Source: a virus
Taxonomy: Duplodnaviria > Caudoviricetes
Direction: 5' to 3' (one strand)
IMG/VR virus record: IMGVR_UViG_3300012952_000091
Location: 1-28,465 of that record
Length of the DNA: 28,465 bases
The notes below the pieces were generated by a model. That model saw nothing but the letters and a program-made list of their open reading frames with translations, did not search any database and was not told the DNA's origin. A program made the position numbers and the translations under genes. Each line of letters begins with the position of its first letter. Position 1 is the first letter of the stretch. Positions 1 to 7,497 of this stretch are shown here, in pieces.

Positions 1-709
1 ATTCAGAAAATCTTAATGGGTGGGTTGCATTACTACCAGCTGATTGGTCAAATCTATAAACGATACTAGGCATTAATCTCAAAGATTGAGAAGAAGTCTG
101 TCCGTCAAATAAGAATTTACCACCACTAACTGTCACTACTACATTATGGTAGTATGGTGCAGTTGTGTTATTTAATTTTTGTTCTGCATTAAGTGTGACA
201 TCTCCTGATGTTCCACCACCACTTAAGTTTGTTCCAGCAACAACTGATGTGATATCACCTACTGTTGCAGAAAGAACACCGTTAGTTGCAGTAATACCTG
301 TTCCAGCCATTGCAGATACTAAGTCTGCAATACTTTCTTTTCTTGTTGCAGTACCATCTATGAAAGGTAAACTGTCGTTTGCAACATCTACTGTTGCAGC
401 TGTTAATTCGTTTAGATCAAGTGCAAGTGATACTGTTCCACTTGTTCCACCACCTGAAAGTCCGTCACCAGCTGTGACTCCTTCAATATCTCCTACCTCT
501 GCATCTCTGTCTACTGTTAAAGTTCCAGCTGAATCATCATAAGTTAATGTTATTCCTGTGCCTGCTGTTAAAAGTGAATTTACTTGGTCATCGATTGCTT
601 CTAGAGCTGCAGTACCAAAGGCTGCATTTGTTAAATCACCTGAACTATCAATGACTTCGGTACTACCAATCGTCAATCCGTTTTTTATTTTAAAGTTTTG
701 GGCTGCCAT
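1..709 (-). CDS. Tail fibre / virion structural protein, partial (runs off the window start; not in the ORF track)
   Basis: ATG at 709 overlaps the upstream stop (TAATG). Hand translation begins MAAQNFKIKNGLTIGST and stays open to the window edge (...VYRFDQSAGSNATHPLRFSE). It has two G/T-rich repeats (VGDIEGVTAGDGLSGGGTSG; VGDITSVVAGTNLSGGGTSG) typical of phage fibres. Confidence 0.85.
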   Translation of the reverse strand, partial: MAAQNFKIKNGLTIGSTEVIDSSGDLTNAAFGTAALEAIDDQVNSLLTAGTGITLTYDDSAGTLTVDRDAEVGDIEGVTAGDGLSGGGTSGTVSLALDLNELTAATVDVANDSLPFIDGTATRKESIADLVSAMAGTGITATNGVLSATVGDITSVVAGTNLSGGGTSGDVTLNAEQKLNNTTAPYYHNVVVTVSGGKFLFDGQTSSQSLRLMPSIVYRFDQSAGSNATHPLRFSE

Positions 710-942
710 TAGAATGTGCCTCCATCTATTGTAGCATTATTAATCGTCTTTGCCGAACCTGAATCTGCTAGATGGTTGTTTACCCTTGTTGTTGTAAAGT
801 AGGTGTTAGATGAACCTTCGGAAATATTATCAGTATCTAATGTTGAAACAGCAGTTGCCTGTATCTTCCCACTTGAATTTACAACTTCGGTAGTTCCAAT
901 GTCAATTCCTTGTTCGATTCTGAAATTTTTGGTATCTGCCAT
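709..942 (-). CDS. Small virion/fibre-associated protein (77 aa) ending in IDGGTF
   Basis: ORF with a GGAG RBS and an upstream late promoter. N-terminus is paralogous to the next gene; contains TDNISEGSSNTYFT, a fibre-type motif. Confidence 0.8.
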   Translation of the reverse strand: MADTKNFRIEQGIDIGTTEVVNSSGKIQATAVSTLDTDNISEGSSNTYFTTTRVNNHLADSGSAKTINNATIDGGTF

Positions 943-986
943 GTTTCTCCGTGTCCTAAATTGTGTAGTTTAAGAATGTATACGAT

Positions 987-994
987 TATTTATA
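987..994 (-). promoter_or_regulatory. T4-type late promoter TATAAATA
   Basis: Exact consensus on the minus strand, 45 nt upstream of the ATG at 942 and just downstream of a terminator. Confidence 0.85.
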
Positions 995-1010
995 AGATGT
1001 GTACCCCTAG

Positions 1011-1047
1011 AAGAAAAAAGAAAGGGGGCATACACCCCCTTTTTTTT
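1011..1047 (-). terminator. Rho-independent terminator (possibly bidirectional)
   Basis: Minus strand reads GGGGG-TGTATG-CCCCC followed by TTTCTTTTTTC; the plus strand also has a T-run after the stem. Lies just after the stop at 1062. Confidence 0.85.
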
Positions 1048-1061
1048 AGAGTTGTTTTCTC

Positions 1062-1472
1062 TTATGCATCTACAACTGTTCGGTCAAACTTTATTACTGT
1101 CGAGTCTGCCGAAGCTGGAGTGCATCTAAGTCTAACATTTGCACCACTGATGTCTGCATCAAATGTGGCAAGTGTTGCATCTTGCAAAACACCATATTGA
1201 GTTAATGAAACCGTAGTTCCATCATGAATCAACATGATTTCCGTTGAATGGAAATCTGTTCCTTTAGACATTGCAACGATATATCTTGCAGCCCTGTAGG
1301 TTGCATGAGCAAAAGTATCAAGATTAAATACATCGGTTGCAGTTTTAGTTGCTGAACCTCTCTTTGTATTTGCATCTTGAGTTGCTTTACTTGTTTTGAT
1401 TACATCGTCACTCGAATCATATTCGATATGTCGGATAAGTTCTGCAAGTTTAAATCCTTTACTTATAGCCAT
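1062..1472 (-). CDS. Virion/fibre-associated protein (136 aa), beta-rich domain seen in marine T4-like phage fibres
   Basis: AGGAGG RBS. Motif DTFAHATYRAARYIV...STEIMLIHDGT...TQYG...ADISGANVRLRCTP is paralogous to the C-terminus of 1484-2308. Confidence 0.8.
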   Translation of the reverse strand: MAISKGFKLAELIRHIEYDSSDDVIKTSKATQDANTKRGSATKTATDVFNLDTFAHATYRAARYIVAMSKGTDFHSTEIMLIHDGTTVSLTQYGVLQDATLATFDADISGANVRLRCTPASADSTVIKFDRTVVDA

Positions 1473-1483
1473 CTCTCATCCTC

Positions 1484-2308
1484 CTATGAATGTCTTATTT
1501 GGAATGTATCAATCGTTGTATTCGTATTAACTGGTGTTACGAGTAATCTCATATTACCTGAGTTAATATCTGAATTCAACGAGAACAAAGAACTGGCACT
1601 AAACACATCACCGTACTGGACGAAGTATGAGTTAGAACCATTGTTGATTAATAAAACCTCTGCAGCGTGTGTACCCGCAGAAGCGTGAGTTGCACAAATG
1701 ACATATTTGATTGCTTTATTTGCAATGCCATTTGACGATAACACTTGGTCAGCCGTTGTCGCAGAAAATGATGTTGCCGTGTAGTATCCTTGTACCAAGT
1801 CTGCACTTGTATAAGCAACTACCTGTACGACATCACCACTTATCGCATTCGCAGCGAGAGTGATGGTTGTGGAGTTAGTAGTAGTATAATCTGCACCACC
1901 ACTAATTAATTTTACACCGTTTAGATAAACTTGTTCTGTCCCTGCTGTGTAGGTTAAAGAATTTGAGTTATCATCATTACCAGTTATACTTGTAGTATTA
2001 CCTGTAATAGAGTAAGTGTATATGGTCAAACCTGTTCCACCAACGGTTGAGAACGATAAAGTCCCCGAACCATTTGTGACTAGGGCTTGTCCATTTGAAC
2101 CATCACTTGTCGGAAATGTGATTGCATCATTGATTGTTAGAGAAGCTGGGACTGATCCGACTTCCACAATTGCAGCCGACCCATCATTTTTTTCCGTGTA
2201 AACACGACCATGATAGGTATTAATAGCAATCTCACCTAGGGCAAGATCACTGACTACGGGAAGATCGTTCTGAGTCGAACTTCGTTTGAATTTAATCTCT
2301 GTTGCCAT
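1484..2308 (-). CDS. Modular tail fibre-like protein (274 aa): Mtd_N/hyaluronidase-N-like head, Ig-like domain, C-terminal beta domain
   Basis: AGGAGGAG RBS. N-terminal IKFKRS...LALGEIAINTYHGRVY, linker PTSDGSNGQALVTNGSGTLSF, and a VYLNGVKL...DYT...ITL module. Confidence 0.8.
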   Translation of the reverse strand: MATEIKFKRSSTQNDLPVVSDLALGEIAINTYHGRVYTEKNDGSAAIVEVGSVPASLTINDAITFPTSDGSNGQALVTNGSGTLSFSTVGGTGLTIYTYSITGNTTSITGNDDNSNSLTYTAGTEQVYLNGVKLISGGADYTTTNSTTITLAANAISGDVVQVVAYTSADLVQGYYTATSFSATTADQVLSSNGIANKAIKYVICATHASAGTHAAEVLLINNGSNSYFVQYGDVFSASSLFSLNSDINSGNMRLLVTPVNTNTTIDTFQIRHS

Positions 2309-2335
2309 CGGTATCTCCTCCTAAAGATGATTTAA

Positions 2336-3772
2336 TTAAAATGTTCCACCATCTATAGCTGTGATTGAAACGGCACCACTTGATACTGTGAAGTTTGCAC
2401 TTGCAAATGAGGCTATACCTTTATTTGAAGTTGATGCATCTTCACCAGCTATTGTGATACTTCCGTCTGCATTAGTCACATCGATACCTTCACCAGCAGT
2501 TAGAGTTCCTTTTGCAAAGTCACCGTTTGAACCGTGACCAATTAGGATTTGACCTGCTGTTGGAGCAGAACCATCTACTGATGTGATTGACCCTGAGAGT
2601 GCAAGACCTGTTGCTTCTATACCACCAAATACTGCATCAAGTGCTGTACCTGAGAATGTTGAAGATGAGTCTGTTGCAGCTCCTAGTGCTACGAACTTTC
2701 CTGTTGAATCATCGAAACCGAAGAAACCAACTTTTGCACCTGATGAGTTGTACTTAAATTTAATACCTCTATCTAGGTTGTCATCTGAACTATCGTCACC
2801 AATTTCGAAAACTGGGTCTGCAATAGAAACAGTAGTTGAGTTAACAGTTGTAGTTGTACCACTAACTGTCAAGTTTCCTGCGATTGTAACATTATCAGGA
2901 AGTCCAATTGTGATTTGATTTCCTGAACCTGCTGTTTCGATTTCGTTGGCTGTACCAACGATTGAAAGTGTTTCACTATCTAGATCGATTGACAATGCAC
3001 CACCTGAGTCACCTTGGAAATCCAAGTCTTGAGCAGTGATTTGTGTATCTACATAATCTTTAATTGCAGCCGAAGTTGCAATTGTTGTATCGTTATCGTT
3101 TGATCCAATCCCCTCGGATTCTGTTACCAACATTGCAGCTGCTAAAGAACCGATTACGACTGAACTTGCAGCCAACTTGTCTGCATCCACCGCGTCATTT
3201 GCGATAGTTAATGCACCGTTTGCTGCTAGGGTTGCGTCTCCTGATACTGGTTTGTTATCAAATGAATCAGACCCGTCATGAATCAGAATATGTCCTGACC
3301 CCGCACCTGAAATATTTGTATCTGAAGCACCAGCAACCGTTGAAGTTGAAGTTGCGAAGGATAGGTTTCCTGAACCGTCTGTTTGGATAACTTGGTTTGC
3401 AGAACCATCTGAGCCTGGCAATGTGAATACCACATCTCCACCTAATGTATTAGGTGATTTCAATCCAACTGAGTGAGAACCGTTGTCGGTATCTTCCATC
3501 AGTTTTAATGTACCACCTGTAGAGGCACCATTACCAACTTTAAAGTCGGCAGGTGTAGCCGTAGAACCAGCAAGTATATCAGTATAATACTTACCACCGA
3601 TTGCGTGAATCAGGGCAGTAGAGTTATCTGAATCTACTGATTCAATGTATAGTTTTGCACCAGCACCCGAATTAGACCTGTCCTGTACATATGCCAATTC
3701 CCCTTCTGCTAGATTACTAACAGAGGGTGCTGACACACCTGTACTTCGTTTAATCTGAATTACTGTTGACAT
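2336..3772 (-). CDS. Tail fibre protein (478 aa) ending in IDGGTF
   Basis: N-terminal IQIKRS...LAEGELAYV (Mtd_N-like), [23 protein letters not shown] linker, [22 protein letters not shown]...DRGIKF fibre motif; G/S/T/D-rich. Confidence 0.85.
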   Translation of the reverse strand: MSTVIQIKRSTGVSAPSVSNLAEGELAYVQDRSNSGAGAKLYIESVDSDNSTALIHAIGGKYYTDILAGSTATPADFKVGNGASTGGTLKLMEDTDNGSHSVGLKSPNTLGGDVVFTLPGSDGSANQVIQTDGSGNLSFATSTSTVAGASDTNISGAGSGHILIHDGSDSFDNKPVSGDATLAANGALTIANDAVDADKLAASSVVIGSLAAAMLVTESEGIGSNDNDTTIATSAAIKDYVDTQITAQDLDFQGDSGGALSIDLDSETLSIVGTANEIETAGSGNQITIGLPDNVTIAGNLTVSGTTTTVNSTTVSIADPVFEIGDDSSDDNLDRGIKFKYNSSGAKVGFFGFDDSTGKFVALGAATDSSSTFSGTALDAVFGGIEATGLALSGSITSVDGSAPTAGQILIGHGSNGDFAKGTLTAGEGIDVTNADGSITIAGEDASTSNKGIASFASANFTVSSGAVSITAIDGGTF

Positions 3773-3818
3773 TTTTATTCCCCCTAGGAATATAATATTA
3801 GTTAATTAAAAGCTTTTA

Positions 3819-3905
3819 TTTCTCTTCACTATCCGAGAAAGAACATAATACAAACAGTCCTCTCACTATGAGGGTCGTGTCTCACTGAATGACACCTTGA
3901 TTTGT
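3819..3905 (-). promoter_or_regulatory. Putative structured 5' leader RNA with three hairpins bearing AGUGA loops
   Basis: Minus-strand stems GTGTC/GACAC (loop ATTCAGTGA), CCTC/GAGG (loop ATAGTGA) and TTTCTC/GAGAAA (loop GGATAGTGAA), between a late promoter and the ATG at 3772. Confidence 0.6.
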
Positions 3906-3910
3906 TTAAG

Positions 3911-3918
3911 TATTTATA
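3911..3918 (-). promoter_or_regulatory. T4-type late promoter TATAAATA
   Basis: Exact consensus, intergenic, upstream of the 478-aa fibre gene. Confidence 0.85.
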
Positions 3919-3921
3919 AGA

Positions 3922-4140
3922 CTAGAATGTTCCACCGTCAATAGTGGTCTTAGTGACCCACTTATCGGTGGCTTGGTCGTATGAGAGTAGACCGTTGTCT
4001 GTTTCTGTTGCGTTGACATCAAGAAGTTCGTTGATAGACTTCTGTGTTAAGTCTGCTTGAACTGTAGTTGAGTTTCCAATTGCAACCTGTTTTGCTCTGA
4101 TTTGATTACCTTGTAGAACTCTTGCTTTAATATTTGACAT
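3922..4140 (-). CDS. Small virion-associated protein (72 aa) ending in IDGGTF
   Basis: Tightly packed ORF. SINELLDVNATETDNGLLSYDQATDKWV resembles the L-x-D-V...G-x-x-L-x-Y...W fibre repeat. Confidence 0.8.
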   Translation of the reverse strand: MSNIKARVLQGNQIRAKQVAIGNSTTVQADLTQKSINELLDVNATETDNGLLSYDQATDKWVTKTTIDGGTF

Positions 4141-4142
4141 AA

Positions 4143-4478
4143 TTACCTCGTCACGCCTGGTGTAAGAATTGCTTGACCTTCAACAACACGGGTTGTTTCT
4201 GAGGTCGAAGTCTTAGTTATATTTAGGTCATAAACATATCTACCAGCTTCCATTGCATTTGTTTGAGTATCAGTTAATGTTAAGGTAACTTGTCCAGCAG
4301 ATGCATTGATAGATGTTGCAAAGGTTTGAGTTGCATTAGTTGAACTATATGTCTTTCTAATTTGTGAAGCTGCAGTGTAACCAGTTAAGTCTAGTATCTC
4401 TCCAGCACTATCCGTACAATCTACAGTGATTGCATAGTCTGTTCCTTGGTCGATGAATAAATTTGCTATAATGGCCAT
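4143..4478 (-). CDS. Conserved virion protein (111 aa), BppU-N-like Ig fold
   Basis: IDQGTDY...DLTGYTAASQIRK...LTLTDTQT...GRYVYDL...RVVEG...PGVT pattern, recognised from marine T4-like phage tail regions. Confidence 0.8.
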   Translation of the reverse strand: MAIIANLFIDQGTDYAITVDCTDSAGEILDLTGYTAASQIRKTYSSTNATQTFATSINASAGQVTLTLTDTQTNAMEAGRYVYDLNITKTSTSETTRVVEGQAILTPGVTR

Positions 4479-4483
4479 AATAC

Positions 4484-4491
4484 TATTTATC
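4484..4491 (-). promoter_or_regulatory. Variant late promoter (GATAAATA) 5 nt before ATG
   Basis: ATAAATAGTATTATG, identical to the gp25 promoter/start context. Confidence 0.6.
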
Positions 4492-6019
4492 CTTTTAAGA
4501 ACTGTGCATTAGGCACTGATTGGTGAATTTTTTCAACATTAGTTGGTTGTGGCCCTTGAGGTGCATTTACATATACCTCTTGTGCTTTTCTTAGAGTTCC
4601 ACCTTCGTTTACGAATACACCTTTCACTTTTGCAAGTGGCCCTATCTCTCTTGTCAATGAATAAGGTTGTTGATACAAGAATGGTGACCTGTAATCATAT
4701 GTGTAAGGATAAGGATTCTGATATGTACTAGGTTGTCTTGCATTTGCAATATAAGGTTGCTGTGCATTTACTGGATTTGCATATGTAAATGGTGACCTAT
4801 AGTCATAGTTATGTGGTTCTCTCGCATTTGCAATATACGGATACGGTTGTTGTGCATTACTTGGTTGTCTTGCATTTGCAATATACGGATATGTTGCTTG
4901 TGCTGACAACGGGTTAGATTCCTGTGCTGACACTGGGTTTGCATGGTTTATAACCGTCTGTGTACTACGGCCTGGATTAGGTTGTTGTATATTTGCAATA
5001 TACGGATACGGTGTTTGTCCTTGTCTTTCATAGGTAAATGGTGATCTATGATGATAAGTGTATGGGTATGGATTTTGTACATTAACATCGTAAGGACTTC
5101 TACCCTGTCTTGCATATGTGAATGGGTGTTGATAAGTTGTAGGCCCTCTCACATTTCCAATATTTGAGAGAACAGGAGTTCTTCCTATTAAAGGTGCAGT
5201 CGCAGGTTGTTGGAAAGCATATGGCCCAACATAAGGCCCACCTTGTCCAGTTACAGGTGTTCTGTTTTGTGCAAGATACGGATAAGGTTGTTGAGATGCA
5301 ATTGCTTGTACACCGCCTGGCACTTGCCCAGGCTGTTGGAACGGATACGGAGATGGTTGTCTATATGTAAACGGCCCACCATCAGGTGAATAAAATGGAA
5401 TCTGTATTTGTACTAGGGTCTGAGCTTGTCCAATAACAGGAACCGTGCCTGACACTTGCCCAATCACTGGACTCTGTACAATTGCCTGAGTATTAGATGG
5501 TTGTCTTGCTTGTGCAATATAAGGATACGGTTGCTGAGCACTTCCGATAGTAGGTGTTCTACCAGTTGCATTTCTAATATTCGGTTGTTGAATATTCGCC
5601 TGATATGGATAGGGTGTTTGTCCCTGTCTTGTATAAGTAAACGGTGATGCATATTCGTATATACTAGGTTGTCTAGTAGTATACGGATTCTGATAGGTGA
5701 ACGGACTTTGTTGTTGATAAGTATATGAAGTCTGTCCCTGTCTAGCGTATGTAAAAGGATGTTGATAAGTAAAAGGGGTTCGTCCAGTTCTCTGATAAGT
5801 GAACGGAGACTGTCTCTGTCTTATGTTAGGTTCCTGTGCGCTTACCTGATTTTGGTATGTAAATGGACTTCTATTCTGATAGGTAAACGGTGCCTGAGCG
5901 TTAGCAGGATAAGTACCGACTATATTTCTTATATTCGGTTGTTGGGCATTCTTTATTATTTGACCTTGATAAGGTTGTTGAAATGTTGTCCCTATGTTTA
6001 AATAAATTTCATCAGACAT
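4487..6019 (-). CDS. Q/P/Y/T-rich repeat protein (510 aa), putative fibre-tip adhesin forming a long beta-hairpin
   Basis: Long ORF with SPFTY, QQPYPYIANA, RQGQTP and ARQPSN repeats. C-terminal KVKGVFVNEGGTLRKAQEVYVN. Starts immediately after the fibre gene stop. Confidence 0.8.
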   Translation of the reverse strand: MSDEIYLNIGTTFQQPYQGQIIKNAQQPNIRNIVGTYPANAQAPFTYQNRSPFTYQNQVSAQEPNIRQRQSPFTYQRTGRTPFTYQHPFTYARQGQTSYTYQQQSPFTYQNPYTTRQPSIYEYASPFTYTRQGQTPYPYQANIQQPNIRNATGRTPTIGSAQQPYPYIAQARQPSNTQAIVQSPVIGQVSGTVPVIGQAQTLVQIQIPFYSPDGGPFTYRQPSPYPFQQPGQVPGGVQAIASQQPYPYLAQNRTPVTGQGGPYVGPYAFQQPATAPLIGRTPVLSNIGNVRGPTTYQHPFTYARQGRSPYDVNVQNPYPYTYHHRSPFTYERQGQTPYPYIANIQQPNPGRSTQTVINHANPVSAQESNPLSAQATYPYIANARQPSNAQQPYPYIANAREPHNYDYRSPFTYANPVNAQQPYIANARQPSTYQNPYPYTYDYRSPFLYQQPYSLTREIGPLAKVKGVFVNEGGTLRKAQEVYVNAPQGPQPTNVEKIHQSVPNAQFLKG

Positions 6020-6020
6020 A

Positions 6021-7298
6021 TCATACTACAAACCAAAGGTGACCAGTCGCAGAACTGCCGACACCTGTTGGTGCAGAAGAGACTATTTCATAATCCAGTT
6101 CAATGTTGTCACTATTGATTTCTATCCCGTTTGAAGTGTTTGCACTTATAACACCTGAACTACTAAAATCGATACCAGCTCCACCTGTCAAATATGACTG
6201 TACATTTGAATTATCATATTGAGATGCAGCCGAGAATGCAAGTGTATCTGTTGCATCATCGTAGGTAACTGTTATATTACTATGAGTTGCAGAAGTTATC
6301 ATGGTTGCTGCAGCGTCCATTGCTCTCTCATCAGTAAAGTATAGGTTCGTTCCTTCTGTTACTGTAGTAGTTGTTTGTTTATCTACTGGTTCATAATCAC
6401 CACTGGTTGAATTATATGCTAATATCTGTCCGTTAGTTGGGTTAGTGCCACTAACATCACTCAAAGATTTGATAGAATGATTTGTGATACTAGACACGGT
6501 TCCTGTTAATGCACCTGTTGATGCATCTAATACAACTGAACCACTATGTTTGACATCACCTGTGACATCTCCAGTTACATTTCCTGTTAAATTTCCAACC
6601 AATGCAGTTGAAGTTATGGAACTAAATCCTGTTCCAACACCACCTGTAATTGTTGCAGTGCCATCTGTATATGTTGGTGCAGTTAAAGTTTTACCACTTG
6701 CAAGTGTTAAGTTTTCTTCACCGTAAGTTGCACCAGCTAATTGAACTGTAAATCCTGATTGTAATTCGGTAGTTCTTGAAGAACTGTCTCCATTTAATAT
6801 AACTCCATTTGAGTTAATATTGTAAATTGTATTTGCAGCTGTTTCTGTAAACTGACCAGTTGCGCCACCAGCACCACCACCATCACCTACTGCAGAACCA
6901 GTAAATGTGTAGATGTTTATAATGTCACCTACTGTTGCACCTGAGTTAAGTGTTATTGAATTTGATATACCAGCACTTGGTGCAGATACAGTAAAATCGT
7001 TACCTTCATTTAAGTGGTTACCATTTTTGAATACTTGGAATCTACCAGCTCTAATCTTTACTGTTTTACTATCAGTTTCATGAGAAGAGTTAAATGTTGT
7101 TTGAGATGCAGTTGCGGTAAATGTAAAGTTATCAAAGTAGAAAGTCTTATTTTCTAATTCATTAATTGCATCTACTAAGTTGTTACCATTATTGATATTA
7201 CCACTGAGGCCAGAAATAGTCCCGACATCATTTGCCAACTTATTGTAATTACCTCTAAACTCTTCTAAAGTTTGATTTCTGTTTACTGTTCTAGCCAT
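6021..7298 (-). CDS. Tail fibre protein (425 aa)
   Basis: N-terminal TLEEFR...NLVDAINEL helical segment, Ig-like FTATASQTTF...VFKNG module, GNLTGNVTGDVTGDV beta repeats, TEGTNLYFTDERA repeat, C-terminal SSAPTG...GHLWFVV. Confidence 0.85.
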   Translation of the reverse strand: MARTVNRNQTLEEFRGNYNKLANDVGTISGLSGNINNGNNLVDAINELENKTFYFDNFTFTATASQTTFNSSHETDSKTVKIRAGRFQVFKNGNHLNEGNDFTVSAPSAGISNSITLNSGATVGDIINIYTFTGSAVGDGGGAGGATGQFTETAANTIYNINSNGVILNGDSSSRTTELQSGFTVQLAGATYGEENLTLASGKTLTAPTYTDGTATITGGVGTGFSSITSTALVGNLTGNVTGDVTGDVKHSGSVVLDASTGALTGTVSSITNHSIKSLSDVSGTNPTNGQILAYNSTSGDYEPVDKQTTTTVTEGTNLYFTDERAMDAAATMITSATHSNITVTYDDATDTLAFSAASQYDNSNVQSYLTGGAGIDFSSSGVISANTSNGIEINSDNIELDYEIVSSAPTGVGSSATGHLWFVV

Positions 7299-7497
7299 CT
7301 TTGTTTATTAGTTCCTTTAATAATGATTTAATTTCACTCATATCATTCTTTAAACTATTTATCTCATCTCGCTGTGTTCGAAGAATTTGTCTTCTTTTCA
7401 TAGTAAGACGATAATTCTCAACATCCGTATTGATAATTGCATGAGACTCTTCGTCTCTTATCAAATGTGTATGTCCTTCTACCTTTATATCAGCCAT
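7291..7497 (-). CDS. Conserved small coiled-coil protein (68 aa) downstream of the VrlC-like gene
   Basis: Start re-assigned to ATG at 7497 (TAATG overlap with the upstream stop): MADIKVEGHTHLIRDEESHAIINTD...EINSLKNDMSEIKSLLKELI. Confidence 0.8.
   Translation of the reverse strand: MADIKVEGHTHLIRDEESHAIINTDVENYRLTMKRRQILRTQRDEINSLKNDMSEIKSLLKELINKDG
7356..7363 (-). promoter_or_regulatory. Possible internal variant late promoter (GATAAATA) for the 425-aa fibre gene
   Basis: Same GATAAATAG variant as at 4483-4491, about 57 nt upstream of ATG 7298. It lies inside a CDS and could be chance. Confidence 0.3.

Noticed and set aside
1484-3772. Diversity-generating retroelement suggested by Mtd_N-like domains
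   Set aside because: No reverse transcriptase and no template/variable repeat pair differing at adenines is visible in this window.
4730-5900. Direct DNA repeats such as TTGTCTTGCATTTGCAATATA as a possible CRISPR array
   Set aside because: Irregular spacing, degenerate third positions and in-frame peptide repeats show they are coding repeats; no cas genes.
4660-5950. DNA-level inverted repeat as the cause of the protein mirror symmetry
   Set aside because: In the pair checked by hand, the codons of paired motifs (SPFTY vs QQPYIANA) are not reverse complements. The symmetry appears to be at the protein level; a dot plot would confirm.
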